DNA of 63,843 nucleotides, counting the filler, from Asterionella formosa (taxonomy: Eukaryota): the NCBI GenBank assembly GCA_002256025.1. It is 5 parts of 5 records of this genome, joined end to end, with 100 filler letters (N's around TTAATTAATTAA, not from the genome) between each part and the next. Parts side by side here need not be neighbours in the genome. Positions count along the whole stretch, not along the records: positions 25,601 to 38,282 come from NKIB01007279.1; positions 38,383 to 51,063 come from NKIB01007281.1; 3 more parts are not named here. The stretch is one strand, 5' to 3'. The translations under genes and the position numbers were made by a program. Of the stretch, positions 37,629 through 50,489 are shown one piece after another. Under the pieces are notes generated by a model that saw only the letters and a list, made by a program, of their open reading frames with translations, was not told the origin of the DNA and searched no databases. How positions within the stretch are numbered: position 1 is the stretch's first letter; each line of letters begins with the position of its first letter.

Positions 37629-37754
37629 GGCGAGAAACTGCACAAAGGAACTTCGGGTAGTATTTAAACTATGCTATTAACACTAGGAGATTCGTGGCAA
37701 ATCACTGTATTTAGCATAGTAAAAAACCGAAGCTCCTTTCTGCAGTTTCTCGCC
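37629..37754. repeat. Imperfect ~45-bp inverted repeat (hairpin)
   Basis: GGCGAGAAACTGCACAAAGGAACTTCGG...ACTATGCTA versus TAGCATAGT...CCGAAGCTCCTTTCTGCAGTTTCTCGCC. Confidence 0.8.
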
Positions 37755-38155
37755 GAAAGTTAACTTCTGAGGCTATATGAAGGTTATTTATGTTTTTAAA
37801 TCTCCTTCAGAACCAGCCAACATTGAGCAATCGTCGTCCAAAAGTCTCCAAAACATCGGAATCAGAACCACTGATCGCGGAAATGTCATCATCGTGATTC
37901 AATTTTTCGTCGTACAATCTCCTGTACGAAAAATTCCATTGTAAGGGCCCGCATCAGTATCATCTAAGCCGCGTATTACGTGAAGTGACCATCACGTAAA
38001 TAAGCCTAGTTGATTTTGAATGGATCACATGAATTAGTTGAATACATCAAAATGCTTACTTGAATATATCTATATATTATCTGAGTACATCACGTTAATT
38101 ATTTGATCAGAGTATCATGCATGCATTCCTGATCATCACTATATTACGTGATCAC

Positions 38156-38248
38156 CTTCACATAATTATTTGAAATACTTCACATAATTATTTGAAATAC
38201 TTCACATAATTATTTGAAATACTTCACATAATTATTTGAAATACTTCA
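38156..38248. repeat. 22-bp minisatellite x4 (CTTCACATAATTATTTGAAATA)
   Basis: Four exact tandem units plus a partial unit near the scaffold end. Confidence 0.92.
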
Positions 38249-38282
38249 ATTAATTCTGTAATTCAGTTCACATTGCCTTAAA

Positions 38283-38382
38283 NNNNNNNNNNNNNNNNNN
38301 NNNNNNNNNNNNNNNNNNNNNNNNNNTTAATTAATTAANNNNNNNNNNNNNNNNNNNNNNNNNNNNNNNNNNNNNNNNNNNN
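38283..38382. other. Artificial scaffold-joining spacer
   Basis: N44-TTAATTAATTAA-N44. Confidence 0.97.
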
Positions 38383-38589
38383 TTGGCTTTGAAGAAGAGG
38401 ATGAGAAACTTGGCGATAGTAGTTGGCGGCCATTCAAATATTTCACAAAATAAAAAGATGTTGTCTTATAAATAGTAATTAATAGCGTTCAATTACATAT
38501 AAAACATTCCTTATCTGAACATTCAATCACAAATTTCATAAATTAGTCCATACTTCCTTTATGTTATCGACGGAATTGAACAAGAGCGT

Positions 38590-39402
38590 GTGTCTTTCCT
38601 TAATTTATCTTTCCTTCCAGATGAGTTTTTTGGAATGGAAGAAAAAGACAATCCATTTTTACATGTGGCGAAATCTTTTTGTACTTCTGCGAAAATCTAT
38701 AACCCTCCTATTCGTTTGTTGAAACAAATATTCAAAACAACTGCAACATATAAAGCACTTGCAAATACCATGGAAGGAAAAGCCATGTTAGTGTTTCCTT
38801 TCAAGAATTATACTGACAGCTTAAAATATTCAAAGCTGGATCTGCCAAATGTGAAAACATTTGGCATATGATAAAGTGCTTGTTAATACCAGGTTCCGAT
38901 GATGTCTCCGTCAATAGCAACAGAGTTATACCACACACTGCCATTATGTTGTTCACCAATTCTGGAAAGAATGGCTACCCAAAACCTCAGAAACCACACC
39001 AAGAATATACACCAACAGAATGCGAAAGGGAAACTCCTATGCCTTGGGGAATGATAACGTCCTTGTCTTTAGGAGGGAACTGTTTAAATATATTGGATAA
39101 TTATGCGGATGAGAAGCATGCAATACATTTGTCCATACCATTCAAATTCGTCTTTCTCATGCGTGGAGAAATATTCCATGGAGGAGCTTTGGATAATAGT
39201 TTAAAAAATGATGCTTAACGGATTCATTTCTATTTGTCGCCAGCTACAAAGCAAAGAAATGGACACTCTGTCGCCAAACCGAAACGACAGGATAACAACA
39301 TACGCACTGATGGATCAATATGTGGTCGTTACCAGAAATTCTCGTCTTTCTTATTGCAACATGACTGAACAGGGTGGTCTAACTTATGATCTAATTTTAT
39401 AA
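38590..39402 (+). pseudogene. 2OG-Fe(II) dioxygenase-like gene, disrupted; copy B
   Basis: IPGS...IPHT...PQKPHQEY (HxE)...MPWG...IPFKFVFLMRGEIFHGGALDNSLKNDA*RIHFYL aligns by eye with copy A (IPGS...MPHT...HQEPHFDY...LPWG...IPFKYIFLTRGDTVHAGAMDNHLNNGALRLHMYL). Confidence 0.65.
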
Positions 39403-39497
39403 AAACCAATCCAAAAAAAGTTTTTGTGTTTTGTTTGGGTCAACGGTCAGTAGCGGCCGTAAAGTAACCGTCAAAAACGCAAGAAATTCATCAATGG

Positions 39498-39726
39498 CAT
39501 GAGGAATACCGCAATACTGGTAGGGCAAACCTACTGTTCGAGAGTACCGACAAAGTATATATAGTATTCTAACATGAGGAATGCCGCAATACTGGTAGTA
39601 GGGCCAACCTACCGTTCGAGAGTGCCGACAAAGTATATATAGTATTCTAACATGAGGAATACCGCAATACTGGTAGAGCAAACCTACTGTTCGAGAGTAC
39701 TACCGACAAAGTATACAGTATTCTAA
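39498..39726. repeat. ~75-78-bp tandem repeat x3
   Basis: CATGAGGAATACCGCAATACTGGTAG...ACCTACTGTTCGAGAGTACCGACAAAGTATA...GTATTCTAA occurs three times. Confidence 0.9.
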
Positions 39727-39825
39727 TATGAATGTTTAGTTGGTACCAATGCATATCATCACGAAACTTAGTTGCAAGTGAAGATGAGGTCATTTCATTC
39801 GATGACTGATGGTATTGGTTGACAA

Positions 39826-41790
39826 ATGTTATCAGGTGCTACACGAAGGATCTATAACTGGTGTCCACTATGTGGCTACAAAGTGAGGAAAAATCGGAAA
39901 CCATCTAGATCGCATCATAATATTTGCTCGAATCGTTCTTTCGTATCATTTGGTTGGTGTCGTGTTTGTTATCAAGAACACCAGCTAGATCCCTCGATCG
40001 TTGCATCGTCGGAATTCTGTTTCAAAACTCCCTCTGAACACCTTATCACGAGCAGACAAACATTGGAAGGCATTCAGCAACCAGCCTGTGATGTTTCTTT
40101 CCCCGAAGGAAATAATAGTTTCCAAGATGATGATGATATTATCTCGACAGAGGACCAAGAAGAGACTATACAGTTTGAATCGATTTCCGGAACAACATAC
40201 AGTATTTTGAAAACAATGAACAAAGAAAGACTTTTATTAGACCAATCAAAGCATATTCCTCTGCCATACAACTTGTCCATTCCCAGTCGAGAAACAGTAG
40301 CAATTGACCCAATCAAGTTAGAGTTAATGTTATTTATTAACAAAAGAATTCTTGCCACCATAATACTTTGATCATATAATGAATTGGGCTTTCAAGGCTC
40401 GTGATGATGGCTATTTCCAGAAAAAGCAACGTGCACCATCCCATTAGACATTTTAAAAATTTTGAATATATCGTTTCCTCCATTTGTTGGTAAAACCATG
40501 GCAAAGTGAACTTAATTTAGGATTTCAACTACCCTGTACTCCGCATTATTTCGATCCTGTTGGGTTACTGGGCTCCATGCTACGAGATCCTGACGTGATG
40601 CAACATTTTGTGCACTACCCACAAGAGAAATTCACCTTTTGCGGAAAACGCATCTACGATAAAACTACTTCTGCAGAATAGTTTCACTCAGCTTTTAATG
40701 AATCCCACGCTTCAGAGGATGGGAAACTAAAAGCCGGCCACCTGTTTGTAGGAATTGGATTTTCAGTGATGGATCCGCAATTGACAAAATGCAGAAACAT
40801 TATGAACATCCATTGTTAATAGCAATGTTCAATTTGTCTATCGAGTGTAGGAAAAAGGTGGAAGCATGGCAATTGGTGTCGTGTTACCTGACGTAGAAGT
40901 TAGTGACTTAGAAAAAATTCAAATATATCAGATTTGAGTAAGGAACGGTTAGCTCAATATCATCGGTCTACGGGATTTTTATTGGAACCATTTCGTGATC
41001 CAAACAAGTGTTGTGAATTGTTTGTTCATGGATTGGTTAAAACGAAAGGTTTCTTTCAAATTGGCATGATCATTGGTGATACAGATGAACACAACAAAAT
41101 ATGCGGTTTTCGCGGAGGGAATGGAAAATACAGACTACATACCTGTAGAGACTGTACACTTACTACTCCGAACCCTGATAATCCATACGCAAAATGCGAA
41201 CCACGCCTTGTGAGCTACACTAAACCATATCTGGAATGGGTTTTGAAAAACATTCATCATTCAGATGGAAAGTTACCAAGTTTACCTGATTCCTTTGATA
41301 TAAAGCAAAGTCGCAGATATGCAACCAAAGATGAATGGTGTCGACAAATATCACAAAACACGATTATTCCAGCCCTTTTCTACCCCTATTTCGGTGGTGA
41401 TAAGCAGGGAGTCCATGCTGCTACCCCTTTCGAAACTCTACACCAATTTCTCATAGGAATGTTGCCATACATTCTAGAATCTCTGTACAATTACAGAGCA
41501 GTCACTGAAGTTTGGAAACAATTTTTGAACAAACGAACATATTCCAGATGTACCTGAACCAAAAAAAATAGAAAAGGAGTTATCCAAGAAGAAAAAACAT
41601 GAAGAGAGTGGTGGGGAGGAACTACCAATTACTGATGATGGTAGACGTTCTGAACAACAACGGTATCTACTAAATTGGCAACAATCTAGACCGAAGTTGG
41701 AAAATCAAAATCGTAATTTATTTTCAAAAATATCTTTTGAAATGATTGCGAGATTCATCAATGCGCATCTAGAAAGACAAAGTGATCGTT
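39826..41790 (+). pseudogene. Plavaka-like transposase with N-terminal Cys/His zinc-finger region, truncated and frameshifted
   Basis: Ordered motifs HYFDPVGLLGSMLRDP, RIY, SDGSAIDK..HPL..MFNLSIECRK..AW..LP, QYHRSTGFLLEP, MIIGDTDEHNKICG, CRDC, PFETLHQFLIG and RQSDR follow the Plavaka-family layout. N-terminal CPLC...HHNIC and CRVC. Confidence 0.65.
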
Positions 41791-42579
41791 AGAGGTGGCG
41801 GGTCTCTTTCCTGGTTATCAAAGAATCGCCCATATGTCAGAGGTGATGGCATCCGAGTAACGAAAAAGATATGTACTTTTTATCATTCCTGTAAATGCCC
41901 AATTCTAATTCGGGAATTGTTCAATACAAAAACCAATTTGACAACTATTGAAATTGGGTATTTAAAACATAATACTCACAACCATGTCAAAGATGGGCTT
42001 TCGCGACATAACAACAAATACTACCAGTCAGTGTTGATAACTTTGCCAAGTAAATTGAACATGAAACCTGCCCGTTTTGTTGCTGATCCCAGAGCGAAAG
42101 GAGTTCCTGTTAACAAAGCCTTGAAGAAGTCCCTCAAACTTCATCCTACTCGTCTTTGGAATAAGTTGAATGGATTAGTCAATGGCGAAGCGAATAACTT
42201 GGGTGGAATCTCTTCTCTACTTGAATCTTAAAAGAGGGAATGTATTGTCAACTTTACTGAACATTCGAGGTTCCTACTTGGCATAGATTGTCAGCCAGAG
42301 GATGACTCTTTGGTGGCTGTGTTATCGACAGAGAATTTGTTGCTGAATGCGTACAGACAGAGATTCTGGGGAAATCTAATCTTCCTTGCTGCTGATGCAT
42401 CATATAGACTTATGCAAGAGGGAAATGGTGCATTTCCGGTGATCAAAACAAAGGAAAGCAATCGCCTATGGAGTGATTAGTCATGAACACCACAAGGCAC
42501 AAAACTAATATTTTCGTCTATTGAGCCATCATTGGAAGAACTGGTTAGGTGTAGGAAAACTGATAATATTCCAATCTAA
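41790..42579 (+). pseudogene. MULE-like transposase N-terminal half, copy B (5'-truncated)
   Basis: GGGSLSWLSKNRPY, CTFYHSCKCP...HNH, NLLLNAYRQ, AADASYRLMQEGNG and IAYGVISHEHHKAQ. Ends RKTDNIPI* at 42579, the same endpoint as copy A. Confidence 0.7.
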
Positions 42580-42671
42580 AAACACAGCAGATTAGATATA
42601 GGTAAACTAAAATATTCGCAAAGAATTACAACTATAATAAAATGGAACTTTCCGTAGTATGATTCAAAAAA

Positions 42672-44203
42672 TTATTCATGAATATCCAAGTTTCCTCCAC
42701 GTTTTGAATGTTTGTTCCGTCCGGAACTTCTATTCTTAATACTTGGCTTTGGATGAATTGTCTTATGAAATGTGGTAATTATCTCCCTATCAAATGCAAA
42801 TGCACATGCTTGTTTACACCACGCATTTGCTAAATACGTGTTCCAATGGCGACATACAAGGCCTTCATGGCCCATCTTTTTCAAGTTTTTTAAATGTAAA
42901 TTGGACCCAATCCACACTTTCCCAAAACTCCTAAAATGCACGTTTGTGAGGGCAATATCATCAGTGGCGTTTTTCGATACCATATGTTCAATAATATGAA
43001 ACCTGCATGTGGGAGATAGTACATCATCAAATGTGTGGTTAGCACAACAGTGTTTGGGATTCCAGAGAAGTTGCTTGTATTCATCATGCATGTTGTTTCG
43101 CTTCATCATATGCATGACAGTAGCAGCGCTAATAGATTCCGTCATACCCATGTAATGAAGCCTTTGTCGAGATTGTGAGAGCTGTGATGCTTGACTGTAC
43201 TGGGACAATGCAACAGCATTTTCGGACTGTATGGTTGCATTGCATACATTATGTTTAGGTCAACAAATGATGATGTGGCTGGCGATCAACAACGAACCCT
43301 CTGCTAATCCTAATTGCCTCACACTTGAAATCAAACATAACAGCGAGAAATGTAGCATCTCCTTTTCGGCTATTCTCAAGGACCTTATAAATGGACTTGT
43401 AGATATTGATGGAGGGTACTGATGAGTGCAAAGTGGAGCAAAACTCTAAGTCACCCTTGGATCTGTCCTTCAACATGTAGGACATGATGTGGAGAAAATT
43501 TGCTGTTAAAGGTTTCCTGTGATCGAAGAAAGATTTGTCTCCGCTATTTGTTCCTTCTGAATTATTGTTGTATGCAGGTAATCCACCTCGAAGTAAATTA
43601 GAATCGGTCAGTATAACTCTCGTATTAATGGTTGGACCCCAATCTTTCAGCCATGCAGTTGCGACTTTCTTTTCTTTGTAAGTGTTGATCCATTTAAAAA
43701 TCATTAACTCCCAACGGAAAGGAGGAAATAAATGAATCCAGGGACTTCTCTTATAAGCTTCGAAGTCCTCATCCATTCTCTCCTTGTACTTGTCATATTT
43801 CTTGAACTGCCCTCTATTCTTCTTTACCCAGGCGTTCCAGGCATGATATGAACACATTCCAAACTTAAATTCAGCAGTTGGCCAAACCTTTTTGACAGCT
43901 GTGCGACAGGCTAAAGTATAATCTGCCATTGTTTGTATAACATTCAAAGGTGGTTCCGGTTCCTAGCTCCATGGACTGTCACCAATGGGAATGAGGAAAA
44001 AGTCAGCTTGTGCTAGTGTTTGTGCCTGCAGGTGACAAGGTTGTGAGTTCTATGTTTCTATCCTCAACCATTTCCTTGTCCGAACTGGAATCACTCTCAT
44101 CGGAAGAAATTTCTACAGAGTTATTTTCAGATGACTCCTCCTCCAAGGAGCCTTGATCTGAGGAGCTCGAAGAACTAGATATTAACAAAAGAATTCTTCC
44201 CAT
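42672..44203 (-). pseudogene. MULE-like transposase C-terminal half, copy B, with acidic Ser-rich leader
   Basis: QTMADYTLACRTAVKKVWP..FGMCSYHAW, WLKDWG, YNNNSEGTN and VCRHWNTYLANAWCKQACAF. Ends GGNLDIHE* at 42672. Upstream Ser/Glu-rich ORF 44203-44003 may be its N-terminus. Confidence 0.72.
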
Positions 44204-45048
44204 GCAACAGAAAGTTATCGAAACATGATGTATTCCTGGCTTATGTGCATGAATAATCTAAATACAAAATGATTAGACAAGATAAAAAAGAGCCGCACCA
44301 CCAGCCAGAGTTAGCACGACAACTTGAGTACATCACCTAAGAGTTACCATCTACCTTTAGAACTAATAAGGGAAAATCTCTATTGTTAGTACTATCAGGT
44401 CGTATAAAAATATATAAACTAGCCTGCTATATCACACGTATGGCTGGTCTGCTATGTATGGTTGGCATTTGGGATACATACTTCTAGGTACTACCAGTAG
44501 TTGCATGTGTGAATGTACTGCTGCCTATGGTATGGGGATGATGAGACAGAAAATCCTTCTTGACCATGACGAAATTATTGGACTCAATATCTCCACTAAT
44601 ATTGAAAAAGAACAATTCCTATCTCGCATGTAGATGTAGAATAGCATAGACAAAAAAATCGCTTAAGAGTAGATTTTTTGCAGTATTATTGACAACAAAG
44701 ATTTGAAATCGCCGCTAGAAGTTATTTCTGGTCGTCATTTGCTCAGTAAACAAGGCATTGTTGAGTCCGCGGTGATTAGCTTGATAACTTCTATTAGATA
44801 ATAATTTTATTTACTGTACAAATGTATGAGAAAACTTGAGCAATAGAAATCTTGGAGGGAGCACAACATCTCGAAATCCAAGAAAATTGCATAAGGTTGA
44901 ATTATGTACTGACTATCATGTACATACTAATTATCGTGGTTCATTTTTCTATGGAATCTTGCTTGATAAGGTCATTTTCCAGTTTAATATAGACAAGCAT
45001 ATAGACATTCAACAATACCTGCTTGTTCTTTTGGAAACTAGATATTTC

Positions 45049-45431
45049 NNNNNNNNNNNNNNNNNNNNNNNNNNNNNNNNNNNNNNNNNNNNNNNNNNNN
45101 NNNNNNNNNNNNNNNNNNNNNNNNNNNNNNNNNNNNNNNNNNNNNNNNNNNNNNNNNNNNNNNNNNNNNNNNNNNNNNNNNNNNNNNNNNNNNNNNNNNN
45201 NNNNNNNNNNNNNNNNNNNNNNNNNNNNNNNNNNNNNNNNNNNNNNNNNNNNNNNNNNNNNNNNNNNNNNNNNNNNNNNNNNNNNNNNNNNNNNNNNNNN
45301 NNNNNNNNNNNNNNNNNNNNNNNNNNNNNNNNNNNNNNNNNNNNNNNNNNNNNNNNNNNNNNNNNNNNNNNNNNNNNNNNNNNNNNNNNNNNNNNNNNNN
45401 NNNNNNNNNNNNNNNNNNNNNNNNNNNNNNN
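45049..45431. other. Within-scaffold assembly gap (383 N)
   Basis: Plain N run without the spacer motif. Confidence 0.95.
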
Positions 45432-45729
45432 CCCGACAGGTAGGGCAGACCGCGTACTGGTCTAGACTGGGGCTGCACACAGGTTTTTAGTGAGTGAAAG
45501 TCTCACACTACCTCGCCCAGGTGATGGGGGGTTGGTGCCTCACCGGACACCAGGTCATTTATGGATGACGGGATGCCTCAGAAATATCCCCGAATATGTG
45601 AACTGGTGGGAGGAGTTCGAATCCTGCCATGATGCCCCCCAAGCACCCCGCATCGATGGGGCAGGCGGGCAAAGCGGCCGGATAGGTTTTCTCCTGGCGC
45701 CTTGGAACAGCCAAAAAAAAACCAAAAAA

Positions 45730-47280
45730 AGGTCCTGGGCGGATTTGTGGGGTCCCGGTTGGATGAGGGTGGCCCTGGCAAGAGCGGTGAGGGAGCTGTA
45801 TGCAGGAGGACAGGAGCACCAAGGCGGCGGAGGTATGCCAGCAGGCGGGCTGCAGGGTGGGGGATGTGATGGACATTGGGATGGAGATTGCTACAACCCC
45901 GATGGGTGCAAACAAAAGCCGTCCATCTGATGTTTGTCAATTCCGCAGAAAATTGCAATGCTAACTTAGCAATTGACAAGCTAGTGTGCGAGGCCACACC
46001 AGGAGGGGGAGGCAAAGGCGGTGCCGAGAATAGGAATAGGGATGACGCATGGTAAGGGGTGGGGAGGGTTGGAAAGGGACAGAAGGGGAATTGGGAGGCG
46101 TTGTCCAGGAGGATGTTTGGTGGCTTCACCGGAGGAAGAACAGGGTCCGGCTTGCCCTATGACAGGCAGGGGTGCTGCTGGTGGTGGAATTGGTCAGCGC
46201 AGGCAGCAGGGAAGCAAGAGTGAAGGCACTTGTACTGACGGTGTCATCAGAGCTCCTGTTGCTGGTGCGGGGGGCAACCAATGTTTTGCCACCAGGGAGT
46301 GGGGGAGGGATAAAGGTCTTTAAAAGGACAGAGCTAATGAGGTCATCCAGATCATGAAGGGATACTGTGCCGGGGCGTGGAGCAATGTAGACTTTGCTGA
46401 AATAGAGGTGAAGACGGAGTTGCACCCGGCGCAACAGTTGGGCCGGAAACATGGTGTTTCCATGTTGCTTCCATGTTGCTCCGACGCATATTACATTATC
46501 GTGAGATCACGTGTGCGGAGTAGAGCAATGAGGTGTTGGTAGGTGGTGGTGGTGAGCTGGTGATGCGAGCCCAAAGTCTTGGCAGGGATTACCAAAAAGG
46601 ATTTCAAGGTGAAGAGGGCATGCCATGTTGTGGTGGGCTTTGGGATCTTGGAAGCATTGATGAGGGCAACAATTTGGGCAGTGAGAATGGGAATTTGGGC
46701 ATACTCCACTGCCTTGTATGTTGCTCCCAAGGTAAAACGGCGTTGAATGACTTGGGCTTGTTTTTGTGTTTGAAACAGTTTGCTGAATCATGAGCGATAC
46801 AATGGTGGCAAGGAGTTCTCCATATCCACTTCACAGATCTTGAGGAAGAGGGGCATGGTGCCACGGAACCGTGAGGAGGGCAGTTTTTCCACAGAGGTGA
46901 GAATTTCCTCTGGGAGTTGCTGTCCTGGAAGGGCTTTTAGGACAGCTGACATGGCGGCTGCAAAGGACTCAGGGGAGAGATGAAATTTTAATACCATTGT
47001 CAATTAGCATAGCAACCTCAAATGAAAGGTGTGACATTTCCCCACTAGTACTCACAGTCCGGTTTGCTACCTGGGCCCCATCCTCAATGATTGCTGGTCC
47101 TTCAGTTTGTATGAACTCACAATTGCGGTGGCATTCGCCATGGAATGAATCTAGTGTGGCATCATAAAGGCGAGCAATGTAGGTGGTGAAAGCAGGAGCT
47201 ATAGCGGCTAAGCAACGTGGTACAAGGGGGATTTGCGGTCCTGGATAATGTGAGTGTGTACCTCGGGATAAATACATACT
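45730..47280 (-). mobile_element. Remnant of a DIRS/Ngaro-like (tyrosine-recombinase) retrotransposon: gag-like ORF and start of the RT ORF
   Basis: GC-richer than its flanks. HPAARLLAYLRRLGAPVLLHT...RGPHKSA resembles the region just upstream of the RT domain in algal/stramenopile DIRS-like elements. Broken upstream ORFs 47277-46126 are gag-like only by position. The RT core is not seen. Confidence 0.45.
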
Positions 47281-50200
47281 AGTTGTATTATGTGTATTGT
47301 GCAGTGTTCGGCAGACCAGTCTTCAGTTTCGATCAGGTATAGATTTTGAGGTCAGCGAGTTTGACAAAACAATGGTGAGTTTATTCTTTTCAACTGCCGG
47401 GGCGGGCTGTACAGCGTTTTACAGGTTTGAGAATGGGTTGATCCGTCGCTCAAGTCCCAAGCTACAGTTAAAATTTCTCCGGGACTGTCAGGTACATACG
47501 GTATGTTGCCATGTAGCCGTTAGGAGACAGCAATGGATGTACACGATAAGATAAACTCTTTGACTTTGGCCGAGTATGGGGCCCTCCTGTGGTGCTGAAA
47601 AGCATCCTTAGAGCGGTGAGTATGTAGCCCCTTCCAGGTTACTGCTCATTGGGTAGACCACAGGGATAGCATAATTACACTAGTTGCAGTGGGACAACTT
47701 TTGTATTGGTTCCATGCACTGAAGGGCCTAACGAATCTGGAGGTAAGATTGGCTACAGATATGCAGACATGGACCAAACAAATCACTACTTTAGAGGCGT
47801 GGAGAGTTAGCTAGCAGCACCAATGTCTTGCTCTTTAGAGGTGTTGTTGGATATGATCTCACATCATGACAATAAATAGCAATTCAGATCGAAATTTTTT
47901 GGCCTGCTAAAATTTAACTGGCACCAACTAGTAAAAAAGTACAAATTTACTGTGTAATTAGGTGATCATGAAGAGCAACTTGTATGAACAAGGACCATTT
48001 GTAGGATAAATTCATCGTCATGATGAAGTTTATTAATTCATGAATTTGAATCGAGATACAGTGTTGGTCCACTGACAGCCAGTTCAACTCGAGAAATGTA
48101 ATACAGTTTGAGTTGCATCCACTTATTAAAACGAAAACCAACATAGCTGGTATTAAGTTGTTGAGTCTATAATCATAATAAAGGATATTAACTCATGTGG
48201 AAAGTGAAAATGTATTCGGGTTTGCTGACAGATTCATTAAAAATCAAATTCTAATTGAGTGGAGTTTTGTTCAAAGAAGGGAAGGTTGGAGCGATAAGCT
48301 GTCAAACATTAAGCATCGTTCTGCAATGTACAGCCAAGTTCTGTGGGCATGATGGAGGGAAGTGAAAGATTTGTGACGAAAGGAAATTATATAGTTGGAG
48401 CAAATCAAAAAATAAAAGATGTTTGCAATCTTAGCTGACTGTGGATGGTGTTGAGTATGTGCTGATGGTTACCAAATTTCTTAATTGGAAAAAGTTTGAT
48501 GCCATCTCATCAGACCCTATGAACCGATATTCCTTAAATGCAATTCCATGGACCCAAGGTGCTTTTCCAATTATCATCAATTTGGTCCATTTACAAGCAA
48601 CCCCTAAATTTTCTGGAGTAAAAATGAGGTCGCCCAAGGAAGTGCATCCATCTGTGTTTCCTTCTGCGCCCAATACTCTTTCCAGAATAATGTCATCAAG
48701 AATTCCGGTGACACAGAAAATCGCATGGTGAGTCCGCAAGTCCAACTCAGCTGCAACTGATGCTGAAATGCAGCCAAAACAGTGCAATCACATTAGAATA
48801 TCACCCCATTTGATCCTTTATAAATACGATTTTCTAGTTGCAGTTCACCCTCTTGAACATATTCCCAGTTTGAACACTCTGCAGCTCCTGTGCACATCTT
48901 TTAGCTACATTATTGCAAGATACTTCCTACATTGGTGATCCAGGTCAATCTCACTATGTACCTTATGCCATCGATGATGAAATCTACCTCAACCCTCCTC
49001 CTCCCCGCCATGTTCATGATGATGGCTTTACTTCAAATCAGCTTGTTTGTAGTAATGGAGCTATCAGTTCATACATACCTCGTGTTAGCACATTGGTCCA
49101 TATGATGATTTATCTGCTACCATGGCGGTCAATTCGACTTAGGTCAGGTTGTCTCCTTATTTTATTACTATAATAGTGCAGAAAATGGATGACTGTAAAC
49201 TGAGCCTCTGCATGATTTGCAACTTCCAAATCAATGAAGTTGCCTACACCAAAACAATGATGCTAACAATCACAGCAAATGTTCATCAATGTCATTCTGG
49301 ATATTGCTACTTACTTACAATGTCACGACATCTCGCATCATAACATGCACCATGTCGTCCCATCAGTCTCCAGTTTCTATACCAATCACCTTACGACAAT
49401 GATGTTTGGTATCCAGATTTTAGTATGGAACATCCTATTTGGTTTATTATCCAAATTGTTTGTGCACATCCTCCACTGGAAGATTGCTGGCGTTTCACAA
49501 TGAAATCTTTGCAAGATCTCCTGGTTTTGGAAATGTTTAGGCATTTTATTGGCGAGGGATTTACAGAGTCAAATGCGTTTTCCTGTTTGATTCTCATTGG
49601 AAGGTTCATACCGTGGCAATTGTACCTCACATAAAAAGATTGCTCAGATTTTTGGATTGGAAATCCTACTTTGATTGATGTTGGTGTTCACCTCCATTGT
49701 TTAATGCTTTCTATTTACAAGATTGAACTGGATGCATCTATTCTTACTTTTTCTGGAAATTTACTTTGGTTTCTAATTACTACATCTCTCATCAGCAAGT
49801 GCATGTTCGTTCATCCTCCTGAGGACTGCATTGGAACTGTTACAGAATTCTTTGCTCTATTAGAACCAACAATAAAATCCAATGAATTCTGTCTATACCT
49901 TTTGCAACCGCTTTCACTTGGGATCCCATCTATTCAGGAAATCAATTCTGTTCCATTTTCGATGCACATCCCTCCTTGTGTCACCTTCATTTGATTCCAT
50001 GTTCCCATATTCTACTCAGCCAACACTACTCAGCCACTGTCATCCCTATGATTTAAAAAAAAGACAAACTGGAATATGCTCTTAGTGGCCTTGCAGTTCT
50101 ACTGAATCAAAAAAGTTAATTAAATTTTCATAGTCCTGTTACTTTTCTTCCAGATATCTCATTATTTCATGAGATGGGGAAGATGTTATGAATCACTGTC

Positions 50201-50489
50201 CTGTCATGACATAGATTCATGAGCCTGTCTGTTTGTCTGTGAGCGCCGGTCTCGTGTTCTCGCTCTACTCTACATCTCTACAAAGTCTACTTTCAATATA
50301 CTCTAATCACTCATTTGACATACCACCGTCCAAACTCCTATTGAGCTTGTCAGGTTGGTTAATCGACTCACACTACGCTCCTCCTCATCCTTCGTCCTAG
50401 TCTTCGTTCACTATCGTCCCCTCTTTCACTACAAATATTGGTCTCGCAACAGCACTTAAAAATGGATTTTTTGAATATGAGATTGCAAC

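Noticed and set aside
39498..39726. Regularly spaced repeats resembling a CRISPR array (also 38156-38248)
   Set aside because: The units are contiguous tandem copies with no unique spacers, there are no cas genes, and the context is eukaryotic.
44836..45490. ORFs spanning the N run
   Set aside because: They are artefacts of translating through an assembly gap.
47950..50100. Possible decayed retroelement coding region
   Set aside because: Many short ORFs, but no RT, integrase or RNase H motif I can identify by eye; left unannotated.
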